This document shows positions 37,963-50,645 of a stretch of 52,954 nucleotides of DNA, piece after piece. Location: positions 73,778-126,731 of the forward strand of contig MU619331.1 in assembly GCA_025201805.1 (NCBI GenBank), read 5' to 3'. How positions within the stretch are numbered: position 1 is the first letter of the stretch; each line of letters starts with the position of its first letter. The translations under genes and the position numbers were made by a program. Source of the DNA: Parasitella parasitica NRRL 2501. Its lineage: Eukaryota > Fungi > Mucoromycota. Below the pieces are notes generated by a model. It worked only from the letters and a program-made list of their open reading frames with translations. It was not told the DNA's origin and ran no database searches.

Positions 37963-38758
37963 ATGAAGTTTTTTGGAATTATCACTGCTATTGCTTCAGT
38001 GTTTGTAGCTAGTACCATTGCGCAAAACGCATTTAACGTGTCCTCATTGAATGGCACTTGTAAGTTCTTTTATAAAAAAGTTAAATTTATATATAGTTGA
38101 TTATTAACACTTCTCATTAGGGGTTGTTGGTGGTTTGGAAAGCACTTTGCTCGTCAAGATTGAAACATTGGCTCAAATTTACAACATGACAATCAAATGT
38201 CCTCAAATGTACCTTGCTAGCACCACAAACAATACTGTGTACATTCAGCCTTCTGTTGAATTTGGATGGTTCAACTCTACTACTCAATCATCTCAAAATG
38301 CCAACATCTCTTTGAGTGGCCTAATGACTCTTGTCAACACTACTGATGACAATGGCGCTAATTTTGACGTTCAATTTTCTCTTCCCTCTGTTGCAAAGGG
38401 CCTAGTTGCTAACCAAGTCCATATGCTCGATGCTGCCTTGTCTGGAGGAAATGCCAGTAATCCCTTGCCGCACGGAGCTGACTACCAAGCCAATCTCTTT
38501 GTCAAGCTTGTATCAAGTAAGAACGACAGTGTTAAGGATGTCATTTTAGCATCCTGCTCCAATGTTACCGATGTTGTTTCCAGTGATGAAGGTGCCTCCA
38601 ACTTTATTCGTCGTGGTGAAGCGTCTCCTCAAGTTCCCTTCCAACTTTTGTTGGTAAATGGGAACAACACACTCGATGAGGCTATTTTTGAAAACATTAC
38701 CTCTTCCTTGGGTAACGAAACATCTCTTAGCAAGTTGAATAATACCTGTTCTGCTTAG
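37963..38758 (+). CDS. Secreted, heavily N-glycosylated lipocalin-like protein (intron 38060-38120)
   Basis: Signal peptide MKFFGIITAIASVFVASTIA; splicing creates FNVSSLNGTW (lipocalin SCR1 GxW-like motif); Cys in the predicted strand-B region and a C-terminal Cys; 14 N-X-S/T sequons. Confidence 0.7.
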
Positions 38759-38862
38759 CTTCACTTGATACATTTGGATCCGTAATAAAGTATTTCATAC
38801 AATAAATATATTATTTTTACTTTGTAATTTATTTTTACAGCAATGTTATATAAATTCAAACA

Positions 38863-40767
38863 TCAAACTTGGCAATTGACGTTTCCATCCAAGTAAAATT
38901 CATTAATAGATTTGCAACGAATCCTGATGTATCCAAACATCAAGTTAGCCTTCAGCTTATTGTTTACCTTTTGCGCACTGATGTTCTCTAAGAACTGTTG
39001 GCTGCTGTGGACGACTTGCGAACTTTCTCGTTTGTCAAAGTAAGATTGAGTATTTAGGGAATCATTGTGGTCTAGCGGAGCAATGATGGGAAATTTGCGA
39101 TCATTTGCTTTATAACCAATATGGTGCTGCCAGACACTGCGCTGACTTGTTTGTAGAGAGGCGATCCTAATGTAGCTCGAAAGACCGTGGTAAAACACAG
39201 ATGCGTTTGAATAGTCTAGCCTGACACCATCCAGCACTAAACAATCCAGGTGGTGGTTAGGCAAATTCAGATTTACCACTGTCTGAGATGCCAAGTTGTT
39301 CATAATACACAGCTGTTTACACTTGGTCATTGAGATAGTGCTGATATACGGACAGCAGGTAGATAGATAATCAAAGACATTTGTCAAGAATGAAGCAAGT
39401 GTCATGCGCAGTGACTTTAATGGATGTCTTCGTCTATTATTTGCTGGGTTTTTATCAGGCGCAATTAGCGATCCCCATTCCACTGAAAGTGCTTCGAGCA
39501 CTGGACACGAATCCAACAACAGATCCAACTGATATTCCTCGTGGTAAGAATCGCACTTTAGCTCCAAATACCTAAGCTTTGTAAAGTCGCTCAATTTCTG
39601 AAGAGTAAAAGGCAGCTTGGTATCCATTCTCCATTGCTCAATTTCCAAAGCGGTTAAAAGATGCTTGCCAAGGTTGGCGGCCAAGCTAAATTCTGCATCA
39701 CAATTTATTTGATTACGTCGCTGAGGGATGGGCCTGATTTCTTTGATGGACTGATGCGTATTCAGAAGCTCAAACAAGGGACTGTTCAACCAATGAGTCA
39801 GGACAGGGCATGAGAGCTCCAATACCTCAATATGACGGCATTTCCTCACCAAATCTAAGAACAAATCCTTTTCCGTTTGGAAATTTTCCATTGGATTGCT
39901 GGTATCGTAGTGGACATCCATACTCAAGTACTTCAGCCGAGGATATTTGTGTGATACATAACTTAGCCACGTTACTGGCGTCATACAAGCGTTGATGCGA
40001 AGGGATGTAACTCGAGGGGCTGTGGGAGAACTTGAGATATTTATCATTTCTCGAGTTTCCTCTATGGGGACAAATTGAATGTTATCCCCTACGATTTCTA
40101 GCCTTTCCAAGTGTAGTAACAGCTGATGAATTGTCTGAATATCGTTCAGTGTCAAGTTGAGTGTAGACTCTCTGTCCCCTTGAATTGCTAGGCTGTGAAT
40201 CTGAGGAACCAGCGAAAGAATTGAAACAAGACGTCCTTGGGTTGATATGTCGACAATCATGCTGCTTTGTATGGAGAGTGATTCCAAACTCTGCCCCAAA
40301 TCTCTCAGGAACGGCAAATTAGCGCCCAGGCTTGCCAGCGTAGGCAGCTGCCGCATATGGATCCATTTGCTAACGTTGCTATGGAAACATACAAATTTCC
40401 ATGTCTCTGGATCAAAGTCAAGCACTTCTAGGTTAGGGCAAAGGTCAGGCAATCGTTCAAACAAGAAGCGGGGTATGATCAAGCGCTCCTGAATCATTTT
40501 CTCCAGACAAGCGACCGTCTTTCTCTGTATAAAAAGATTCTTTATGAGACTTCCATTTGTTATTGCATTTGCTGAAGATTCTGAAAGAGACTTCAGCAAC
40601 AGTTCAAGCTGGCAAAGCGTCTTGATGGAGATGGAGTGGTAGAGGCCATATCGAAATACATGATACCAATCTTGACAGATGAACAAGCCGATTCGTATCT
40701 CTTGAGGCGTCAGATAGTTGACAATTTGTATCAGTATTTCAGTAGGGAAATGTGTAGTTTGAACCAT
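38863..40767 (-). CDS. Intronless F-box/LRR (RNI-like) protein
   Basis: F-box FPTEILIQIVNYL...ICQDW, then LYHSISI and LRR-like CPNLEVL, YPRLKYL, CPVLEAL repeats. Confidence 0.88.
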   Translation of the reverse strand: MVQTTHFPTEILIQIVNYLTPQEIRIGLFICQDWYHVFRYGLYHSISIKTLCQLELLLKSLSESSANAITNGSLIKNLFIQRKTVACLEKMIQERLIIPRFLFERLPDLCPNLEVLDFDPETWKFVCFHSNVSKWIHMRQLPTLASLGANLPFLRDLGQSLESLSIQSSMIVDISTQGRLVSILSLVPQIHSLAIQGDRESTLNLTLNDIQTIHQLLLHLERLEIVGDNIQFVPIEETREMINISSSPTAPRVTSLRINACMTPVTWLSYVSHKYPRLKYLSMDVHYDTSNPMENFQTEKDLFLDLVRKCRHIEVLELSCPVLTHWLNSPLFELLNTHQSIKEIRPIPQRRNQINCDAEFSLAANLGKHLLTALEIEQWRMDTKLPFTLQKLSDFTKLRYLELKCDSYHEEYQLDLLLDSCPVLEALSVEWGSLIAPDKNPANNRRRHPLKSLRMTLASFLTNVFDYLSTCCPYISTISMTKCKQLCIMNNLASQTVVNLNLPNHHLDCLVLDGVRLDYSNASVFYHGLSSYIRIASLQTSQRSVWQHHIGYKANDRKFPIIAPLDHNDSLNTQSYFDKRESSQVVHSSQQFLENISAQKVNNKLKANLMFGYIRIRCKSINEFYLDGNVNCQV

Positions 40768-41819
40768 ATGAGAATAAGTGCAAATGAGAAAAGCGATCCA
40801 TGGAAGCAACCCATTTGTTTATCCATTTATCTGCATGAATGTGTGTGACTCTATACCCTTTTTAAGCATGTGAAGATACCTGAAGTACTTTGGTATTACT
40901 TTTGAAAGTAAGTGTGTCAACTAGTTAGAGGACTTGCGTTATTTCTTAGTTGCAAACGTTATAAAGAACTCGGATTTCAATAACCTAGTTGTCAAATCTT
41001 TTACAAAAGACTTTGGTCTTACGTTTAGTTTTGTTCGTGGAGTTTTGGCGGACGGTTCCTATTTTATCATCGATCGAGCTCAATCAAACACAATCCTTTT
41101 GACATTCTTCAGGGCACAGAACCATATTGACGTTCAAAATTTCCTCGTTTTTTTTTTTTTTTTTGCACGGACAAAATTCCATGTTGTTGTCCCAAAATCC
41201 TGTTCGACACACACTGCATAGCGCTGTCCGGTGAAAAAGTGCCAAAGATTGAATTAACTTTAGTAAAGGCGAATCTAATCAGCACCTTGACCCTCCAGTG
41301 ATGTTGTATTTTTCTGATAGAACTTCAAAATATTGGCAATCCCGCAATGCAGTTTATACTTGCCTTTCATTAAAAGAGGTATTTAGGATGTATCGACACA
41401 TATAATTAGAATAATTGGGTCCACATTATTATAAGTATCTCTCTTGGAGGCCTGTAAGCAGTAATTAACTGCTCTCTCCAGAAAAAATTGATTGGCGATG
41501 TGTTGGATTTTCACAATATAAATCTATTAGATCAAATAAAAGTATATATTAACGTAAAGAAGAACAGACAATTCCGCTGATGTTTATTTATATCTTCGGT
41601 ATTAACGTATTAATAATATGATTTGGGAGATTCTGGACGACAGCTTTTTTGCTGCTTATATGATATCTGATCACAAATCATTACATATTTATTGAACTCA
41701 ATACGGATGTGATTGTGAAATACATTCACTATAATAATCTCCATTTCACTTGTAGATATATCCAGTTGTCTTAAATAGATATAGACTACACATGTGCACC
41801 AGTTAATAAGATGTAGAAT

Positions 41820-42175
41820 AGAAATTTATGCTATATAAGAAATAGGCTGAGGATAGCACCATTAGGATGGATGACGCTATAGACTGATACTTATATCTCG
41901 ACACGAGCCTAGACATTTACTAAATCTAGTATATGCTACAAGCTTATGCTATATAAAATTTATGCTTCAGATGCGTATTCTCAGTTTCTAGATACACAAT
42001 GCAAGACATATACTTATATCCATGATACTAGCTACAGATACGTTACGTACTAAAGATTTGTACAATATGTGCAATGCTATAGATATGCTCATGCTCATGA
42101 CATGCTATAGACATACTACTTAGACAGATATATGTTAAGATGAATACTAAGCGATACACACTCAGACATGTACTA
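41820..42175. repeat. Degenerate short-period minisatellite (ATGCTATAGAY / ATACTTATATC-like units)
   Basis: Recurrent GCTATAGA, AGACAT/AGATA, ATACTTATATC (x2) and AAATTTATGCT (x2) at ~11-20-nt spacing. Confidence 0.5.
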
Positions 42176-43230
42176 TTAATTAATTAATACAAAGAATTAC
42201 CAACAATTAATGTCATGATCCGTACATTATAACTATGTTAGTAATGAAATATGTAGCCTTATATGGATACAACATACTATATACGCAGAGAAAAAATGGT
42301 TATTTTGATTTTTCAAGACATGTCTTGTACGCTTATATAATAAATAGATTATGACAATGGGAATTGGCAAGAATGAGCTTTTAGATTCATTTTAGAACAT
42401 ATAGCGTAAACGCCAATTGTTGTTATGCTTGAATTTGAAGTATTTATAAAGATAGAAACTCTCATTCATTAAAAAATGTTCACAAGAGCGTTAATCATTT
42501 GGTTATATAGATTTTTTATGACGAGAGCAGTGCTTAGTATATCGATGATAGCTTTTTTTTTTTTTTTTTTTTTTTTNNNNNNNNNNGACAAGGCTGTGAA
42601 AAGGCTTATCTCGTTTATATAAAGAAACTAATAGAACTTTATATCTAAATAATTGTTTTTGAATCCGTTCGTACATGTATAAAATTTCTGTACACACACA
42701 TGATACCTTTTCACTATAGCGATTTACTGCATATATGTTTATCATGATGTCTACATGTCATTACATTGCTTTAACAGTTACCAAAATTCAAAGTATGCAT
42801 AGATGGATAGAATATACTTTACATCCATTTATCGCTCATTATTTTGCTTTCTCCAGTTTGTATATTATTCAATCTGGCGGCCTTTTCCTCGTTGACTAGG
42901 ATGTTTTTCCACGACAAAAATGCTTGAGAGCAAGGACATCTCCCACTTTTTTAGGTTAAAAAACCTCTTTCTCTCGCTCACTACTTCGAATAATAACTAA
43001 ATGTATTTTTATGATCGATAACTGTCAATTGTCAACTGTCAATAGATCAAGTTGAAATTCGGTTGATGTTTTTTTTTGCCCAATTGCATTATGAATGTGC
43101 CTTTCAATGATCCGCAAGTTACACGAAATTCAAATTCAAAAAGAGGTGGCTGCTGTCAATTATTATAGTACCTATAAATATGTGGCAGATTCTTTTTCCT
43201 TTCCTTTCTTTCTTTCGCGAAACAACAAAG

Positions 43231-43977
43231 ATGGTGCGTACAACTTTACGTAAAAAGATTGTTATTGTAGGCGACGGTGCTTGTGGAAAGACAAGTTTAT
43301 TGATAGTGTATCAAAATGGCAGGTTTCCAGAGGTAAAATACATAAATTGATATATAAACATACAAGGCTTTTCAAAGCTGAGAAAATCAAGTAGAAATAT
43401 TTGCCAACAGTATTTGAGAATTACATTTCTCGAGTAGACTTGGATAATAAGCCCGTTGAGCTTGCTTTGTGGGATACAGCAGGTCAAGAGGATTTTGATA
43501 GACTGCGTCCTTTGTCTTATTTTGAGACGGATGTTGTGGTTATATGTTTTGCGGTGGACAATATAAACTCGTACCAAAATGTCAGGGACAAGGTAAATGG
43601 TATAAATGCCATTTTTGTCAATGTGTATCATTTTATAAACAACTACCTATAGTGGTTACCTGAAGTGAAGCACTACTGTGGAAACAACGTATCATTACTT
43701 TTAGTGGGGCTTAAAATCGATTTGCGAACAAGTTCAAGCGTAACCGTCGGCTATCAGCAGGTAAAATACTATAATAAGCTATTATACCACACATTTAATA
43801 TTGCTTGTTTGCTAGGGTTTGAAACTAGCGAAAGAGATTGGAGCAAAATATGGAGAATGCAGTGCCAAAGCAAATGTCAATGTCAAGGATGTTATTAAAC
43901 TTGCAGCTCGCCTAGCAGTTAAACCGAACAGAAAGAAGCTGTTGAGAAATAGACGTCTTCAATGTAATATACTGTAA
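43231..43977 (+). CDS. Rho-family small GTPase (Rho1/Rho4-like, short insert), 4 exons
   Basis: [58 protein letters not shown], polybasic tail and CAAX CNIL*. Confidence 0.95.
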
Positions 43978-46564
43978 TGACAGACCCCTGTTCGAGTGAC
44001 AAACCAAAGGTTTATTGAATGACAAACGTAATATCAGAAACTTGTTATATGATTTGTAAACATATAGACATCATTTCATGCACACAAAATACCTTTTTCT
44101 CAATAATATTTGGGAAAAATCAATATCCCCCCTCTATATACTCATTCAAATTGAAATAACCCCAAATAAACTCCATTTTCTCTTGATGTAAGGGTATTGC
44201 AATGTGGTACCATCCACGAGCTTTGTGGTAACACCTTGTTAGTGTTTATTGGTAAACAAATGATCCAATTTATGAAAATCTGGGATTGGGCCCGACAACC
44301 GATAGATCATGTACTCCATACAGATGTATTTGCATAGGTTTGCAATATGAGATAGCACCAAGTGTCGATCAAGTCGTTGAGTGCATCATAAGTTTTTGAC
44401 TAATCTCACTATTGTTTTTCCCCATCTGATACAGAATTTCAGGACAACTACAATGCTTTTTATTCGTAGCTACGTCTGAGTATACTGGTTCATGGTTATG
44501 ATTGAATAATGTAACCAATTTATGGCTGTAGCGTTTGATTTATTAATGGGGGACAAATACATCTTCAAGTACGAAAGAATAAGTAAGAGGTCTTTGACAT
44601 GATCTAGTGTAAAACTAAAAAAAAAAAAATACAGGCCGCAAAAAAAAGGTTTGCTGCGTATATTATTTCAGAAACGCACGGCATATTGACCAAAATAGAT
44701 TATTAGCAACATTCACTTCCGAGTCAACAACATTTGATGAAGAAAACTTTATAGTTTTAAAACGGCTACAGTATTAAAAGCACACCCTCACAGAAAGCCC
44801 ATCATCTTCACACTACATCATAGAGAAGGAATAGAGAGAATTTCATCATATATCCATGACAATTACTCAAAAATAATAGTAAACTGTAAAGTCACTGATT
44901 CAGGTTAGAACAGCACCAACATTAGAGTCATCGTCAACTTCTTTTTGCGTTTAATTATTATCAACGAATCCATCGTAACTAACCATCATTCTGCCTTTTT
45001 TCCCTTTTCAAGATCTTCTAATGGCCAGATTCTTCTTCAACGCTCTGAATGGCATCATTAGAATCGGCTTGATTTGTTTCATATGCAAGCCTAAATACAG
45101 CATTTCAATCATGCCTAAATGTAGTACCTTCAGTATTGTCCCTGATTAAAGATTAAAACAATGGATCAATGCGTCAGCATGTCGAAACCATGTACCTCAA
45201 TAAGGACAAAGGGTCATTTCTCTCATGTCTAATTAATCGATGTTATGTTAATCCTTAAATAAGGTACTTGCGATTTAACTTTTTGATAAAATAACGTTTG
45301 TCTTAACGAAAGAGTGAGATACTACGGAATGAGCAGAGAATCCGGTAAATCATTTCAGCCCCTCTTTTGATTAAATTGGCATCTAGTTTATCCAACCTCT
45401 TGTGTCATGCGAAGTAAAGATACGAACCCTGAGCACCTGTATAACAGGTTTGGCAACTCTGACTGCTCCCAAAAACTTGTTCATTCTGTCTTGATCATAT
45501 AAGATTCTTGCAACACTTTTTTTAATGCAATTACCGTATTTGCGCATTAATATAATATCACTCTGTCTATGTTCTATTTTTTATATATGCTATTATTGAC
45601 AAAAATACGAATAGAAGTTAGGCAAGCTTGATGGGATTTTCAAGTCAAAATTGGACATTAAAGCAAGTTCCTTGAGCCACCAAACTATTAACCATGAAGG
45701 ATTTTAACCATTATTTTTTGATATATTATTATAAAAGGTTGATCATTTTGCATGGCTGCCACAATCGACTTATATGCGCGACTTGGAATGAAGTAACGCA
45801 TTGAACCTCATCATATGCCGTTTTGATATCGTCTGAATCAATAGAAACTATAAGATATACAAGTACTAAGAAAAAGGGATTTGAAACGTCTATTGTGCTT
45901 GGGAATGTATTTTATTGGTAGAAAAAAAAAAGGGGGGGGTTAATCCTGGTTACATCAATTTATTTGTTAAAGCATTAGCCTGCTATCAATATTAATGGAA
46001 ATCCTCTTTCACAATTGTTCTGTAGACAAATCGCCGGGTTTGTATACCAGTAGTGTAATAGCAATCAAAAAATGGAAAGCGATGTCCAAGAGTTTTCAAT
46101 AGATCTTGTCTGGTCTGGCGCATTGCAATTAATCGCAATAGTAACGTGAAAAAAGCCTTTAGAAGATGCTGTGCCACAAAAGAGCGTATCGACTATCTAC
46201 AATAATTGTAGTTTAGCCACTGCAAAGGATAAGATGTATTGTTTCATTACACTAATCAAACTTGTGCGTTTCAGAACAAGTTCTGTTAACTTTGATCTGC
46301 ATGTGCTTGAAACTTTTTGCTGATCTTTGGTTGATTTCTTCGCTCTTGAGATGATGTTGTTTACAGCCGTTGTTCAAACTGTGCAAGTTCAAGTATGCTA
46401 TAAAGAGCCGCTATATTCTTTGGTCTCCTCAGTAGGATTGTTATCCGTGGCAAACAACATTTCGTTGTCGTCTTACCATTTTAACCAGCGATATATTTTG
46501 GTTTTCATATAAAAAGTTGTTCTTTCTATTCCTTTCTGTTCCTTTTCTCTTTTCTTAACTAAAT

Positions 46565-49037
46565 ATGTCGATTGTATCAACCAACAAAAACAAACCCGGA
46601 AGACCACCCAGTTCGCTGAGCACATCCTTAACAGGAATTCAATCATCTGAATCCGATATGCTATCTGTTTCGAGCAGGCAACGACAAAGTAAAAAGGATG
46701 AGGTGAATGCTTTGTTGTATGGGTACAAGTGAATCAGGTACTAATCGACGCTTTATTTTTCCTCCTCTACAGGCCATTCGCAAGAAAATCGAGCAAGAAT
46801 TGTCTAAAAAGAGAGCAAGCACTACACGTATCAGACAAACCAAGAAAATTGCAGGTACAGTTTCTGCTCTCCGACCTGCTCAGGCACTCACTGTCAGAGA
46901 AAGTATCCTGGTCATTGAGGCTGCTCAATTGATGGCAGCAAAGCGCAGTGATTGCGTGTTGGTTGTGGACGAAGAGGAGCACCTTAGTGGTATCTTCACT
47001 GCAAAGGATTTAGCTTATCGAGTCGTTGCTGGGAATCTTGCTGCAAGGTATTCTACATTGTGTGGTGTACATCACATCATTTTGAATTTAACTGCGATAT
47101 ATAGTGCGACTACTGTAGCTGATATTATGACTAAAAATCCAATGTGTGTCACTGCTGATACATCTGCTCAGGACGCTTTGAATTTGATGGTATCTCGTGG
47201 CTTTCGTCATTTGGTAAGGATATAAAAAAAAATCATTCGATATTCATTCTTACAAAAACATAGCCTGTTTGTAATGAAGAAGGTGACATTTTCGGTTTAC
47301 TCGATATTACAAAATGTATTTATGAGGCATTGCACAAAATGGAAAAAGCATATGGATCTTCACGTAAACTTTATGATGCGTTAGAGGGCGTGGAACGTGA
47401 ATGGGCCAATAGTCCCGTACAGTTTGTTCAATACATGGAAGCATTGAGGGACAAAATGTCTTGTCCTGATCTAACCACAGTTCTTGATCAAGCTGGTCCT
47501 GTTCAAGTTAATGTCAAAGCTCAAGTGCGAGAGGTTGCCAAGCTGATGAAGGAATACCACACAACAGCTGTTCTTGTCATGGATCATGGAGGTTTAGCCG
47601 GAATTTTCACAGTGAGTATAGATCCTAATTGCACAAATCAAATGGTTGGCTGACGCATGTTCATTACCCACAGTCCAAAGATATCGTCCTTAGAGTCATT
47701 GCCGCTGGCCTTAATCCAGACAATTGCTCTGTTGTACGAGTCATGACTCCTCATCCCGACACAGCACTGCCTTCAACAAGTATCCTCGACGCCCTGAAAA
47801 AAATGCATGGTAGCGTATTTACACACTACATTTTACCGCGTGATAAAAATCTAACCTTGTTTTATAATGGTCAGATGGTCACTACTTGAACTTGCCCGTA
47901 TTGGACGAAGATAAGAAGATTGTAGGGTTGATTGACGTGCTTCGACTGACCTATGCTACCCTCGAACAAGTAGGCGGCCCTATACATGGTGCAGGTTTAT
48001 TATTGCTTCTAACATCTAAAATGTAGATCAACAGTATCGAAGGAAATCAAGGGGATGGCGGAAAATTTTGGAGCAGTATTGCAGCAGGTGACCATGCGGA
48101 AACCGAGTCAGCCATTTCTGATTCACTTTCTCAAGCTGCTAATTCACACATGTTCCAGCCATCGTCGCCTCAATATGAGCATGCCACCCGAATGACAGCA
48201 ACCTCACCTATGCCTGGCCATGCTCCCACTTTCTCGGGGCTAGGTTATGCTGCTGAACTCACTGCTGCAGATTCGGCATCAGTAGTCCACGACGACAACC
48301 ATTCTACCGTTTCTTCTCACATCAACAATACATTTTCTTTTAAATTCAACTATGGAAACAAGACCCACCGATTTCGTCATGATAGCAGCAACTTTCAAGG
48401 CTTGTTAGAGGTCATCCAGCAAAAAATCATGGTGGAGCATTTATCAATCTCGCAATCCTACATTGCTGTGGGCAGAGACGACGATAAGCTCGACCAGGAC
48501 TGGCTTACAGTTGCTTATTTGGATGATGAAAATGACCAAGTGCTGATGACCTCTGATTCTGATTTATCGGATGCTGTGCAAATCGCAAGAAAATCGGGTT
48601 TAGATCGCGTGCGCTTGTTTGTTCATGATTCACTTGCGGATGCTGTTGCTGAACAGCAAAAACTGCAGCAAAAACAAGAAGAGTTGACTAGCGTAAGCCA
48701 GGCCATGAAAGATATCCCTGCAAGCCAGCCTACAACACTGGGCCATCCGTTGGCACAATCTCCCACCGCCGAGCATAAAAAGCTGGAAGACTTGAGCGAG
48801 ATTTTAGAAACTGACCAAAACTCAGAAGTAGACCAAGAGGAAGTGGAGGTCATAAGTAAAAGAAAAAAGCCAAGATCAGCACCTTCAAATGCTCTAAAGA
48901 GGGACATTGCTGCAGAGTACAACTTGCCTATTCCTCAAGATATGCTTTTACCTGCAGCCATCACATTTTTAGGTGTCGTAATTCTAGGTGTATTTACCAT
49001 ATCTAAACTGACAGGGGGCTCAAATTCCCGATATTAA
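46565..49037 (+). CDS. CBS-CBS-PB1 protein with C-terminal TM helix (Mug70/CBSCBSPB-like), multi-exon
   Basis: RQRQSKKDEAIRKKIE, two CBS pairs (GIFTAKDLAYRVVA; GIFTSKDIVLRVIA), PB1 (FSFKF...YLDDENDQVLMTSDSDL), TM LLPAAITFLGVVILGVF. Confidence 0.93.
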
Positions 49038-50645
49038 TTGTCGTGAAAGTGCAAAATAGATATAGATTAAATATAATACAATTCATTTACCCTACCCACA
49101 TAGTTACCATTCGAAACAAATCATCCACCCTTCTTTTTTTTTTTTTTTTGTTAAAATAATCTAATATTTCTTAAGACATCGTTTCAAAATTAGACCAGAT
49201 AATGCTGCAATCAATGTGCCACAGCCATAACAAAAATTAAGCAAATCGTATATGCAAATATTTCTGATCATCAATTGTTGTTTGTAGCCTTAGAAATGCA
49301 CAGTTTTTAGGCTCCAAAATGTGTATATTGTAGTGTAACAGTATTATTTTGCTGTACGTTTGGTAAATCAAGGAGAAAGCGAGAGACAGGGTTGACCCGA
49401 TCGTACGGTCTGATAAAACAAATCGACTCACATGAAACCCACAAATAGCCGTAGAAGGCTTGTTTTAGAGGATTTGCACAGTGTTGAGACCATATTCAGC
49501 CCATTATGAGAAAAACCAAGTATTGACATGCTTTACAATGAAAGCACGGGCATTATTGTATTGAGGTTTAAACAAACACGCATCGCTCCAAAATTCGGTC
49601 GCTTTACAAAACTTTTTAATAGTCAAGTGTCTACTATTTGTGCTGAAGCAAGCCTAAGGTTGGGGAACGATAATATAAACACTTGGGGACAACAACAACA
49701 AGGGGCATAAAATCTCTAGCCCTGTATACACTTTCATGCAACTAGGGCGATACGCAGAGAGAGAGAAAAGCTCAACTTTCAATATCTTGTCATTATCCTG
49801 TGCATTCTAAAAATGATCTCTTTAAATATCATAGGGTATATGGCATTTTTAAAGTTGGATGTGAAGCAATCTTTATACGCGTCTGTGATGCTCGATTTTA
49901 TATTACAAAATGCAGGATAATCTTTTTTTGTCACGCACTGACATTTCTCATCAATTTTCTTTATTTTGGCATGCAAAAAACAAGCATTCTCATTTAAAAC
50001 TTGTTTCATCGTCCCCGCCCCATGAGATATTACATAAATCTAGCCCTTTAATTGAAAGTGTGCTCCCTTTCTATCCAATATTCATATGCTAATTGATGTT
50101 TTTTTGTCCAAATCAGGCATTCCGCACAGAAGAAAATGGCGGGCTCTCATCAATTCTATTAAGGTTTTCGGCCCCTATGCTCTCTTGTCAGTAGCCATTC
50201 TTTATTGAGCCTTTCCGTATTCCGGAAACGACTCAGGGTGTCATGATAGAATTTGTTGTTGATTTGTTTAGTTTTCTTCACAGTGGGTGCACACACACAC
50301 ATACACACACACACACACACACGTACACTTTCGTCTCCCTTTAGATTATATAATAAAAAAGCCACTTGTAAACCACTGCAATTTATATACAAAAAAACAA
50401 GGATATTGTGTGCAAACATAACAAATACTAACTGTATATAACACAATTCCATCGCAAACGTCGTCTTTTTCATCTTTCCCTCTATTTTCTCTCTCATCAA
50501 AACACTCTGATCGTAAAGCTCTCTTTCTCTTTTCTTTTCTTTATCTCTCCCTTTACATATCCTTACATTACACATATCGACCAACTCTTCTAACAAGATA
50601 TATAAAAAAATTTCAAAAAACATTAAATCACCAAAAAAAAAATCA

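Noticed and set aside
44200-45400. Possible decayed - strand coding or TE remnant
   Set aside because: Only short open stretches; no domain, TIR or LTR identifiable.
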